42,685 nt of DNA from a virus (lineage: Duplodnaviria > Caudoviricetes). The notes under the pieces are model-generated. The model saw only the letters and a program-made list of their open reading frames with translations. It made no database searches and was not told where the DNA came from. Made by a program: the position numbers and the translations under genes. The stretch spans positions 1 through 42,685 of the IMG/VR virus record IMGVR_UViG_3300032305_002598; one strand, 5' to 3'. This document shows, in pieces, positions 8,739-17,486 of the stretch. Position 1 is the stretch's first letter. Each line of letters begins with the position of its first letter.

Positions 8739-8982
8739 GACAATTATTATTTTTTAAACATTTATAAAAAATCAACATTTGCTCAGCCCAAATTTTAAAC
8801 TGAATGGGTGTTGATGCTATTCTTTTTTGCTCTTCTTTACTAAAAGTATTACGCTTCGGATATTCTGGAAGCGTGTTGATATATTCTTGTAGTTGTTCTT
8901 GCGACAAACTTTTACTCAAGGGCTTTGAGCAAGAAGTCATCATCAAAATTACCACCATCATTATAATCAATTTTTTTAGCAT
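8719..8982 (-). CDS. o-spanin (lipoprotein)
   Basis: signal peptide with lipobox MTSC; overlaps the i-spanin 3' end. Confidence 0.7.
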   Translation of the reverse strand: MLKKLIIMMVVILMMTSCSKPLSKSLSQEQLQEYINTLPEYPKRNTFSKEEQKRIASTPIQFKIWAEQMLIFYKCLKNNNCHEKTDS

Positions 8983-9196
8983 TTTTAGCTTTATTTAAAG
9001 TTGTTTTTAATTCTTGGATTTTTTCTTGGTGAAATTCTTTAGTTTCTTGCTCTATTTTTTGGTACTCTTTAACCTTGTCTTGAGCCTCAAAATATTTATT
9101 TAAAAACCCGACAATAAATAAAAATAAAATCACGCCAATAATGCCAATGGCAAAGTTTTTGGATTTAAGAATTAGTGGCAAAATAAAATTAAACAT
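8912..9196 (-). CDS. i-spanin
   Basis: N-terminal TM followed by coiled coil; overlapped by a lipoprotein gene. Confidence 0.7.
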   Translation of the reverse strand: MFNFILPLILKSKNFAIGIIGVILFLFIVGFLNKYFEAQDKVKEYQKIEQETKEFHQEKIQELKTTLNKAKNAKKIDYNDGGNFDDDFLLKALE

Positions 9197-9411
9197 TATT
9201 TTTTTAAAAGTCCATTTATTAAATTGATATTTCCTAAGCCTATAATCGCAAAGAAACCACTTGAGGCATAAAATAGAAACTTTCCTAAGTTGTCAAATGC
9301 TTCTTTTTCTATTGGTTTAAAAATATCAATCCAAATAAAAATCAAATAAGATAATAAAGCAAGTAAATAAATGATTGCATAAACTTTTGCTCCACTTTCT
9401 TTACTTAACAT
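9196..9411 (-). CDS. holin candidate (2 TM)
   Basis: 71 aa, two TM segments, basic C-terminus, lysis context. Confidence 0.6.
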   Translation of the reverse strand: MLSKESGAKVYAIIYLLALLSYLIFIWIDIFKPIEKEAFDNLGKFLFYASSGFFAIIGLGNINLINGLLKK

Positions 9412-9742
9412 ATTTCTCCATTTTTTGAATTAATTCCATGTTTGATTTTACTAAACCAGTTAAAACATGTTTTTCGTTTTCGATTGCATGAGTTCTCTGT
9501 TTGTAGGCATTGACATCATTTTTTATTTCGTGGACTTCTTGATTTGTTTTATTGGTTATTTGAATTACTTTTTCAACATCAATTTTTATTTTCTTCATAT
9601 CTTCCCATTCATTTTTAACTCCAAACAATTTTGCAATTACTTTAAAAAACTTATTAAAAGCAAAATATATTATCGCAAAAAACGCCAAAACATCGGGCGA
9701 AACAACATCTTTTAAATATGTAAAAAGGTCTTTAAAGTCCAT
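9401..9742 (-). CDS. TM plus coiled-coil protein (holin/antiholin-like)
   Basis: one N-terminal TM, heptad-like C-terminus. Confidence 0.5.
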   Translation of the reverse strand: MDFKDLFTYLKDVVSPDVLAFFAIIYFAFNKFFKVIAKLFGVKNEWEDMKKIKIDVEKVIQITNKTNQEVHEIKNDVNAYKQRTHAIENEKHVLTGLVKSNMELIQKMEKYVK

Positions 9743-10025
9743 TTTTTAAATCTTTAAATTTATGGTCAATATAATCTTTCATTCTTATCTCTAAAAAACT
9801 GATTTGCTCTACGACAAAATGCTTCATGTTTTCTTGAAGTCTATTTTCCGAATCTTTTATTTTCTCAGCAAAAAAATTCTCCATTTTTTCTTTGTGTTTG
9901 TTGTCTCTTATTATAAAAAAACTCTTATTTTTATCGTATATCAAATAAATAACTAAAGCACTAACTATCATTGAAAATTCAGGTGCTTGCTTCATTAGAT
10001 TAAATATAGCGATAAATTCATTCAT
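9732..10025 (-). CDS. TM plus coiled-coil protein (holin/antiholin-like)
   Basis: same architecture as its neighbour. Confidence 0.5.
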   Translation of the reverse strand: MNEFIAIFNLMKQAPEFSMIVSALVIYLIYDKNKSFFIIRDNKHKEKMENFFAEKIKDSENRLQENMKHFVVEQISFLEIRMKDYIDHKFKDLKNGL

Positions 10026-10396
10026 CGTTTCTTATATTTTGATTTACCAAATAATCTAACTGCAACATACATTGCGTAGCGTTTAAATTTGCTAACTCCT
10101 AAGCATTCAAGCCCTTGTAAAAAAGCCATGTCGGCGTCCGCTCTAGTAATATGCTCGGGAGCTTGTTTTGAATATAAAAAGTCATGAACAACAGCGATTT
10201 CAATCCCTTTGCCCGTTTCACTTTGAAATGGTTTAAATAACTTAGGCGTTGAAAAGCCATCAGTATTAAAGCCCGCTGGAACGATAATAGTATTTTCCTT
10301 ACCTAAATATTCAAAAATATAAATAAAATCTTCTTGCAAAAAGAATCTTCCATCTACTATTTCGACTTTTAAATGTTTTTGAATTTTACATTCCAT
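10022..10396 (-). CDS. DUF1353 family protein
   Basis: IVPAGFNTDGFSTP, AVVHDFLY, RADAD, MYVAVRLFG. Confidence 0.9.
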   Translation of the reverse strand: MECKIQKHLKVEIVDGRFFLQEDFIYIFEYLGKENTIIVPAGFNTDGFSTPKLFKPFQSETGKGIEIAVVHDFLYSKQAPEHITRADADMAFLQGLECLGVSKFKRYAMYVAVRLFGKSKYKKR

Positions 10397-10398
10397 AA

Positions 10399-11076
10399 TT
10401 ATTCAAATTTAATTGCTTCGACTTCCTCAGCAGTTTTACAATTGTTGATTTCGTATTCTTTTATTTTAAAAAACTTATTATTATCAATTTCTCTTTGTTG
10501 TATATGGTTAGCCAATGTTAACACAACAGGGAAAATATTAACTACACCTGCAACTTGTTTATTATCTTTAGTTATTGTTGTGCTATAAGGAACAATTTTT
10601 TGTTTTATGTAATTAGTATAATTTGTTTTAAATGATGCAAAATCAGCACTGTTATTAATAGTATTGTTTATACAATCAACAGTATCTAATGTACATTTAT
10701 TTAAAATGCTTTCAGGTGTCAAATTGCTGTTTGGTATCGAGTCAACAAACCAAATAAATTGAACATCAGCTCCAAAAACATAAGGATTAACTCCTGTAAT
10801 TTCAGGTGCTTTATGAGTAGTAAATGGTGCTGTTTTTTTTGATAAAATAAAGGCTTCGAGTTTAGCAAGTTTTTCGTCTTTTGCTTTTTGAAGTTGAACA
10901 GATAAAGATTCAACATAAACTTGGTATTTTCCATTCAAAACACACATTTGTTTATCTAAAATTTGCTTATTATCTTCGATTAAAATCCAAGGCTCTGGAA
11001 TATTTTGGTAATTAATATCGCAGGGATAATACCCTTCAACTAGCGAACTTTTGATGTTGTAAGAAACTTTAATCAT
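10399..11076 (-). CDS. tail fibre assembly/chaperone-like protein
   Basis: GYYP...IPEPWILI N-terminus and INNCKTAEEVEAIKF C-terminus (DUF4376-like); follows the fibre gene; ATG 11076 avoids overlap. Confidence 0.65.
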   Translation of the reverse strand: MIKVSYNIKSSLVEGYYPCDINYQNIPEPWILIEDNKQILDKQMCVLNGKYQVYVESLSVQLQKAKDEKLAKLEAFILSKKTAPFTTHKAPEITGVNPYVFGADVQFIWFVDSIPNSNLTPESILNKCTLDTVDCINNTINNSADFASFKTNYTNYIKQKIVPYSTTITKDNKQVAGVVNIFPVVLTLANHIQQREIDNNKFFKIKEYEINNCKTAEEVEAIKFE

Positions 11077-11096
11077 ATATAATTTATTTAATTTTA

Positions 11097-11945
11097 TTAA
11101 TATCCAATTGAAATCCATGAACAATTAGCTGAACCAGTTCCAGATTTAAAGCCTGTAAAATTAGTTGTAGTTTTTGATTGAGCGACCATTGTTTGTCCCG
11201 CTACATCTCCATTTCCTAACACTACGGCATTTGTTGTCGTGTAGGCAATAGGTAGAGTCACAACTGTTCCAGCCGAAGAAACTGAGGCAGTCCCCCACTG
11301 TATTATGATTTCTACAAAAGCACCCGCAACTTTAACTGGCAATCTAGCGTAGCCGTTACTAGATCTATCACTTGTGCCGAATAAAGCAGCTAAGGCAGAA
11401 GGAACTATTGCTCTTTCGGTGTCTGTTCCCGCTGCTGTTTCAGCATTTGTTGCAATTTCAATAACACCTTGGTTGGTGGTGGTGGCTACTCCATATAAAG
11501 TTTTAACCCAATTTGTGCCATTATAAACAAATTCTACTTCACTATTAGCTGTAATATCACCAGTAGCTAAATTTGTTGAGCCATCACTTTTTTTACAAAT
11601 AATCGCAGAGCCACCGAAGGCGGTAATTGTTGAAGATCCCGTATTCGCATTTGCAGTCTTAAACCTAACTCTTGTTCCAGTTTTTAATACTGGATTGGTA
11701 AAGGGGGTAGAAGCATTAAGAATATAAACATTTGCTCCAGAGCTAGTATCGGTGCATAAAATACCCGCTTGAGATACATAGCTTTTTACAGCATTTGTAA
11801 GTTGATTATTTACTAATCCAGTTGAGTCAACTGAATCTCCAGCCATTGGAATAGCATTAGCAACCTCACCAGTAACCATGTTTAACCAAATTTGGTCAAC
11901 TTTTGGTGGACTATTATCTAAAAAACTGCTTGTTTTATTTGCCAT
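11097..11945 (-). CDS. short tail fibre with gp53-like C-terminal domain
   Basis: WLNMVTGEV, ATTTNQGVIEIAT, GYARLP...IIQWG...LPIAY...WISIGY. Confidence 0.85.
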   Translation of the reverse strand: MANKTSSFLDNSPPKVDQIWLNMVTGEVANAIPMAGDSVDSTGLVNNQLTNAVKSYVSQAGILCTDTSSGANVYILNASTPFTNPVLKTGTRVRFKTANANTGSSTITAFGGSAIICKKSDGSTNLATGDITANSEVEFVYNGTNWVKTLYGVATTTNQGVIEIATNAETAAGTDTERAIVPSALAALFGTSDRSSNGYARLPVKVAGAFVEIIIQWGTASVSSAGTVVTLPIAYTTTNAVVLGNGDVAGQTMVAQSKTTTNFTGFKSGTGSANCSWISIGY

Positions 11946-11950
11946 AAAAT

Positions 11951-12556
11951 TTAAGTAACAATTAATAAAGTGTTAGCTGGTTTAATACTCTGAAATAAAT
12001 CAATTAATAATGATTCAGAGCCAGTTGGAATAAAAGGAACATCATAAGGAGGATAACCTGTATCATTAAAATCCTTAGATGATATAACTAAAATAAATTT
12101 TGCACCTTCTCCGATAGGAATAAAAGGAACATCGTATGGAGGATAAGCAACTTCTTCTCCAGTTTTTATAGTCACAGTTAAGCCAAGTAAATTAGCTAAT
12201 GCTTTCATGTCTTCTAGGGTTAATACACCTAAGCTTGTTAGTTTAGTTAGAACTTGGTTTCTTCTTTGCTCAAAAGATAAGCTATTAGTTTGCTTAAAGA
12301 TATTATCAGGAATGCCAACACTCGATTCCCAGAGAGAAAGAAATTCTTCATTATCACAAGTCAAAATACTCATGTTGTTCCAATCTTTGGAAAATAAATC
12401 ATCTAAATCTTTAAAGCTTTTAGCCATGCCTTTTAAGAATTTATATAAATTGCTATTTTCATAGTTTTTAGCAAAATGTAAATTATCATTAGGCAAAAAT
12501 GATGCAGCTATAATAGTATGTTCCTGAACTGTTTTTATATTAAATTCGTCCTTCAT
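11951..12556 (-). CDS. baseplate protein (Mu gp48/DUF2313-like)
   Basis: FLP, LWESSVGIPD, RRNQVLTKL, IKPANT; follows baseplate J. Confidence 0.85.
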   Translation of the reverse strand: MKDEFNIKTVQEHTIIAASFLPNDNLHFAKNYENSNLYKFLKGMAKSFKDLDDLFSKDWNNMSILTCDNEEFLSLWESSVGIPDNIFKQTNSLSFEQRRNQVLTKLTSLGVLTLEDMKALANLLGLTVTIKTGEEVAYPPYDVPFIPIGEGAKFILVISSKDFNDTGYPPYDVPFIPTGSESLLIDLFQSIKPANTLLIVT

Positions 12557-14091
12557 GGGTAAGTAATTGTTCCTAATGTTGATATTTGATTTAAACCAAT
12601 TAAATTATCTTGAGTTGGAAACGATAAAGTAAAATCAGGTTTTTTTCCAGTTGGATCGAAAGTATTTTCTATAACCGCTTTTAAAGAAGCTAATTTATCA
12701 TTAACACCAATTTTGTTTTTACTTCTAAAGTAATTATCTAGTGAGTTTGATATTGCCGTTTTCATTGCGATTGTATTTGGATATAAATAACTAAATGTAA
12801 AATTTTGTGGCACTGCAATTGGAGAGAAAACTAGTAAATCAGTATCATCCATATTACTTGGTAATTTCTCTAATAATTTGTTTTTTACTTTTTCTACCTC
12901 AGTTGACGAAGGAATAATACTAGCATCATCATCTCTTAATATGCCGATTCTAACTTGTCCAGGTTGAACATAAGAAAAAGAAGCTATAATTGTTCCAGTT
13001 GGGTTAGAAGGAGTTCCTGCGACTTTATAAGCAAATCTATTAGCATCTAAAACAATAATTTTAGCTTGAAGATTATATGCAACTGGATTAGCTCCAGAAA
13101 CTATAATGGTCGTATTGTCTAATAAGCCATGGCTATTAGATGTAGCAATCGCAACATTATCATATCTTGTAATTGATGATATTGTTATTTGTGCAGTAGT
13201 TGTAGTTGGATTAAATATTTGAACTCTAGTGATTCCGCTAACTTTTTTACATTCGCTTTCAATAAAGGCATTATTAAAATAAGCAACTGGATTAGCCATT
13301 CTATCTTTTATTCTTTGTCTATAAGATACCGCATCTTCAACATCAGTTCCATTGCTTAATCCCGAATAATCAACATAACAATTTGTATTAACATCAACTA
13401 TTGCTTCACTTAATTTTAACAAAGTTCCATGATTTAAATTAGTTGTAATTCCAGCTGTTGAAGATTGAACTTTGACTAAGGCACTTTTCCATTGAACAAT
13501 TATTGTTCCACTTGCATTACCCTGAGTTCCAGCTTTATTAAATTGGATTGAGGTTGCTGAATTAACTGTGATTACTTGATTAGTAATATTAAAATCATCA
13601 GGAGTGCAACCAGTAATTGAATCAATTGTAAAGCCACTTGCTAAATTATGTGGCGTATTAAATGAAACAGTAACCAAAGTTCCACTTCTTGAAATAGATG
13701 CTGGAGTTACTTGTTGTAATCCGATAGTTCCATCAGTTTGAGTTGTGAACATCAAGCCAGTCGCCGATTGTATTGATGAACTAGCACTAATTGTTGCCCC
13801 ATTTAAACCACCGAATACAACATAACCCTCGGAAGGCGTTGCTAGATTTAAAGTTATTTCATAAGGTTCGCCATGAACAGATAAATATTCATCATCGCAA
13901 GTTGGTAAAAATGATTGCTTATTAATGTTTAATCTTTTTCTATATAAATCATATAAACGAGCAGAAATAGCACCAAGCATGGTTTTGACAGAATCTACCT
14001 TTAATGCTTCACCATCTGTCTCAATTGAAACATCAGCTTGCATTTTATTGTAAATATCTAACCTTGAATCTGGAGTGTTAAATTCAGCCAT
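12553..14091 (-). CDS. baseplate J (Mu gp47-like) with two inserted beta modules
   Basis: FLPTCDDEYL, GTDVEDAVSYRQR, VSGITRV, PGQVRI; inserts at about aa 127-200 and 301-372. Confidence 0.9.
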   Translation of the reverse strand: MAEFNTPDSRLDIYNKMQADVSIETDGEALKVDSVKTMLGAISARLYDLYRKRLNINKQSFLPTCDDEYLSVHGEPYEITLNLATPSEGYVVFGGLNGATISASSSIQSATGLMFTTQTDGTIGLQQVTPASISRSGTLVTVSFNTPHNLASGFTIDSITGCTPDDFNITNQVITVNSATSIQFNKAGTQGNASGTIIVQWKSALVKVQSSTAGITTNLNHGTLLKLSEAIVDVNTNCYVDYSGLSNGTDVEDAVSYRQRIKDRMANPVAYFNNAFIESECKKVSGITRVQIFNPTTTTAQITISSITRYDNVAIATSNSHGLLDNTTIIVSGANPVAYNLQAKIIVLDANRFAYKVAGTPSNPTGTIIASFSYVQPGQVRIGILRDDDASIIPSSTEVEKVKNKLLEKLPSNMDDTDLLVFSPIAVPQNFTFSYLYPNTIAMKTAISNSLDNYFRSKNKIGVNDKLASLKAVIENTFDPTGKKPDFTLSFPTQDNLIGLNQISTLGTITYP

Positions 14092-14563
14092 TTTTAATAT
14101 TTAAACTATATTTAATTTCATTTTTATAAAAAGGTTTTATTGCTATTTCTAATATAATGTAGCCAATTTGTTTTATATAATTATATATATCTTCTTCTGG
14201 CAATAAAACATTATTTTTATCAATAAAACTAACATTAAAATCCTCTATAACCTCATCATCAATTAACCATTGCAAGCTCTCCTCTGTGTATGCGAGAGCT
14301 AAATTAATGGTTTCATTATCTAGCGGAACTTGTTTTAAAGTCCATAGAAAGCTTCCTTGGTCAAAATCAGTTCCATTATGAACTATTAAATTTCCAAACC
14401 AGCCATTTTCAGCTATGTTTTTATTTAAAAATTCAGGAGATATTTCTTTTTTATTACAAAAAAGAGACATATAAATAGCATTCTTTAAAGGGTCTCCATT
14501 TCCCGCAAAGTCTAAATCAAACCCATAAGGCTTGCCAGAAACTTCTTTAAAACCTAAAGTCAT
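14084..14563 (-). CDS. baseplate wedge protein (Mu gp46-like)
   Basis: AIYMSLF, GWFG, GSFLWTL, EESLQWLIDD. Confidence 0.9.
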   Translation of the reverse strand: MTLGFKEVSGKPYGFDLDFAGNGDPLKNAIYMSLFCNKKEISPEFLNKNIAENGWFGNLIVHNGTDFDQGSFLWTLKQVPLDNETINLALAYTEESLQWLIDDEVIEDFNVSFIDKNNVLLPEEDIYNYIKQIGYIILEIAIKPFYKNEIKYSLNIKNG

Positions 14564-15072
14564 TATACTACTCCTCCGCTTACTCCACCACCTGGAGTAA
14601 CTCCAGAATGTGTATGAGATAAGAAATTTTTACCTGCAATAGTTGTCCCAGTTCCTGTTAATGTTGAGTCTCCAGAAACTTCTAAATTTCCAGTAATCTT
14701 AACATCTCCAGTAATTTCAACGCTATTACCTTTTAATGTGATTTTATTTTTATTACTAACAATGTCAATATTTCCATTGTCCATAAAATAAAGCTTATTA
14801 TCATTTTTTCCATAGATTACAATGCCATTTGCATCAGAGATTATATGCTCTAAATCGATAATTAAACCATAGCTTCTTGATGTATCGCAATCAGTATTTA
14901 TAACTATACATTGAGATCCAATAGTTGGATAACCACTAATGCCAAATGAGCTTACTATTCTTACATCATCAATTTCCATTTCGCTTCTTAATAATGCTAC
15001 TTTCGCATAAATAACATCTTTATTTAATTCTAAGCTAATTATTTTTCCTATATTTGTAAAATATTCTTGCAT
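14563..15072 (-). CDS. baseplate spike (Mu gp45-like)
   Basis: FGISGYP; beta-helix repeats; HTH metal-binding motif SHTHSGV. Confidence 0.9.
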   Translation of the reverse strand: MQEYFTNIGKIISLELNKDVIYAKVALLRSEMEIDDVRIVSSFGISGYPTIGSQCIVINTDCDTSRSYGLIIDLEHIISDANGIVIYGKNDNKLYFMDNGNIDIVSNKNKITLKGNSVEITGDVKITGNLEVSGDSTLTGTGTTIAGKNFLSHTHSGVTPGGGVSGGVV

Positions 15073-15084
15073 GATTATAATTGT

Positions 15085-16296
15085 TTAAATTTCTGGTCTA
15101 CCATCTATAATTACCTTATTTTCCTCTCTCTTGCCCCTTGGATTTCTAACAATTGGCTCAAATAAAGATTCGGTATAAGATTTCTCTTCAACTAAAGTTA
15201 AATTACTTCTAGTGCCATTATTATCCTTAGTATATCTAATTGATTTTATTAAAAATCTTCCAAAAACATCTTTTATCTCATCTTCAACATCAACTAAAGT
15301 ATTTACTTGCCATAATGGATTTTTTTTGATATCATCATCAAAATTTTGTCGGAATCCTATAACTGAACAATCATAAGAAAAAGATTGAGTTTTTCGTATA
15401 TTAGCTTCCCATTTCGCTAATTCAGTGGCTTGCTTTAAATTAGATACTTGTTTAAATATTGTTAAAACTCTTGTGTTCCTTATTTCATCATCATAATAAA
15501 TTCCAGTGCCATTTATTATTGAGCTTGAACCTCCCTCTCTGCCTTTAGTAATTATTTCTGATTCCCTTGGATCAATAGTTGCGTTAGTGGTTTGTTTAGA
15601 GCCAATGACAATAGATTTAACTATGTATTTATGGTATCTACTCGTATCGTCTCTATGGACTTTGGAGGTTAAAACATTAGATTCATTATTATTTCTATAT
15701 CTTAATAAAACTGTATCACAAACAGTATTTCCTATTTTATTAATAACTAAATTTCCATCTCCGTCAGAATTTAATATTAACCTTCTTTTGTCAGCACATC
15801 TTTTTATCACTTCAAATGCCGAATCATTATCTCTGTGGGCGACATCGTCATTAGCTTCTAAAATAGCAATATCTCCATAGTTATTAATAACGGAAATATC
15901 CTCCTCTCTACTGAACCTAGTTTTTTTATCAACGACATTATAATTTAAAGCTTTTAATACGCTTTTTGTTAGTTCGACAAAAGAAACTGGAGTTTTATAT
16001 ATTTTAGCACCTAATTTACTATCCACTAAATCGCATAAAGAATCTCTTCCCATTATAGTGACTATTGATTTATCTTGTTGGTCTGTTTCTAAAACATCTT
16101 CTATAAAACCAGTTAAAAAACTTTCTCCATCAATTTTAATAACAACTCTATTTCCCGCTTTTATTACCCTTCTATCTTCTGGAATGTTTAGGGTTAAAGA
16201 GAATGGCTTTAATAAGCCTTCAATATCCCTAGAAAACTCATAAGATAAAAAGTTTGAATATTCTTGTTTGTTTATTACTACCGATACTTTGTTCAT
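15085..16296 (-). CDS. baseplate hub (Mu gp44-like)
   Basis: TGFIE, GRDSLCDLVDS, DGDGNLVI, LWQVNTLV. Confidence 0.9.
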   Translation of the reverse strand: MNKVSVVINKQEYSNFLSYEFSRDIEGLLKPFSLTLNIPEDRRVIKAGNRVVIKIDGESFLTGFIEDVLETDQQDKSIVTIMGRDSLCDLVDSKLGAKIYKTPVSFVELTKSVLKALNYNVVDKKTRFSREEDISVINNYGDIAILEANDDVAHRDNDSAFEVIKRCADKRRLILNSDGDGNLVINKIGNTVCDTVLLRYRNNNESNVLTSKVHRDDTSRYHKYIVKSIVIGSKQTTNATIDPRESEIITKGREGGSSSIINGTGIYYDDEIRNTRVLTIFKQVSNLKQATELAKWEANIRKTQSFSYDCSVIGFRQNFDDDIKKNPLWQVNTLVDVEDEIKDVFGRFLIKSIRYTKDNNGTRSNLTLVEEKSYTESLFEPIVRNPRGKREENKVIIDGRPEI

Positions 16297-17486
16297 GATA
16301 CAAATACCTTAATATTTCCACCAATACTCGAAGGATCTTGGATTTTATTTAAACTAATAATATTTTCATATTGAGTTCCAGAGGCATTATTATAATAATT
16401 ATAAGCTAAGGCAATTGCAGGTAATGAATTGGTATTAATAATATTGACATAAGGTAATTTTAATTTAATATTTTTTAAACTAATTAAGCTTTCAGCTCGA
16501 ATAGTTTCAATAATTGTAAAAATTTCATCATCAATCAAGTTCGGATCTATACTTTGATACATTTGCTCCAATTCTTTAATAATGTTGTTAATATCACTTT
16601 GGTTATTAAAATTAATTGCAGTAGCTATTTGAAATGAATTTGACATTAATGCAATTTTTGTTGTATTCTGTATTAGATTTGCAATTTTGGTTTCAGCTAA
16701 AAAGCTAGGTTTAGCTATGGGAGTTTTATTAAATACATTTTTTTGTAAAGAAAAGGCATCAGAAAAATTAGAGGTAACTTGTATTAACCGATTTAAATTA
16801 GCTACAAATGCCGTGGCAAATTTTGATGGAAAGTTTACTACATCATTAATTGTATTTTTTATGTTGTTAATATCAGCTGTTAAGCCAGCGATTTCATCAT
16901 TAATGCCATTGATAGTTTCCATTCCTTGTTGCATAAAATCAGAAACAGCGGTAATGCCATCTCTAACTGCATTATAACTTTCTAAAGCATCATCTATGCC
17001 ATTAATCATGTCTTCTAGTCCTGCGCCTAATTTTTGTTTAAGGAATTCATCTAATTTGTTTAGCAGTCCCTTCTTATCATCAAGCTTTTTGGGATATTTA
17101 TTTTCATCAGCTTCTACAGCAAGGAATTTATAATTAACAAGACCTATTTGCCCTTGCATAGCTTCTGTTTGCTTAGGATTAACTACAACAACTTTTTTTC
17201 TACCAAGCGTAGGGTGAATTAATACTCCCAATCCTTCTTTCGCTAAAGCTTTTTCAAATTTCTTTTTATTTCTTTTATAACTTGATGGAGTAAGATTATT
17301 TGCTTGAATTTGCGCAGTTATTTCGTAAACACCCTTAACTTTACCCATATCCTCAACATATCTTGAATCAGTATTCGGATAATCAAAAATAGCTGTTTTT
17401 CTTCCAAGTTCTGGTATAGATGCTTCTAAGCATATGAATGGCACTCCATTAAGCTTTGGTGCATACCAATTTGAATTAACCGGCAT
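16293..17486 (-). CDS. Mu gpN/gp43-like 'DNA circularization' tail protein
   Basis: NGVPF, GRK...YP, VEDMG, GVLIHPTLG; LysM-like C-terminus PAIALAY...LNKIQDP. Confidence 0.9.
   Translation of the reverse strand: MPVNSNWYAPKLNGVPFICLEASIPELGRKTAIFDYPNTDSRYVEDMGKVKGVYEITAQIQANNLTPSSYKRNKKKFEKALAKEGLGVLIHPTLGRKKVVVVNPKQTEAMQGQIGLVNYKFLAVEADENKYPKKLDDKKGLLNKLDEFLKQKLGAGLEDMINGIDDALESYNAVRDGITAVSDFMQQGMETINGINDEIAGLTADINNIKNTINDVVNFPSKFATAFVANLNRLIQVTSNFSDAFSLQKNVFNKTPIAKPSFLAETKIANLIQNTTKIALMSNSFQIATAINFNNQSDINNIIKELEQMYQSIDPNLIDDEIFTIIETIRAESLISLKNIKLKLPYVNIINTNSLPAIALAYNYYNNASGTQYENIISLNKIQDPSSIGGNIKVFVS

Noticed and set aside
16293-17486. Mu-like transposable phage, suggested by the 'DNA circularization' gene
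   Set aside because: This family is a common tail component. No transposase A/B is seen and the head is HK97-type; such head-tail hybrids are already known (SfV-like).
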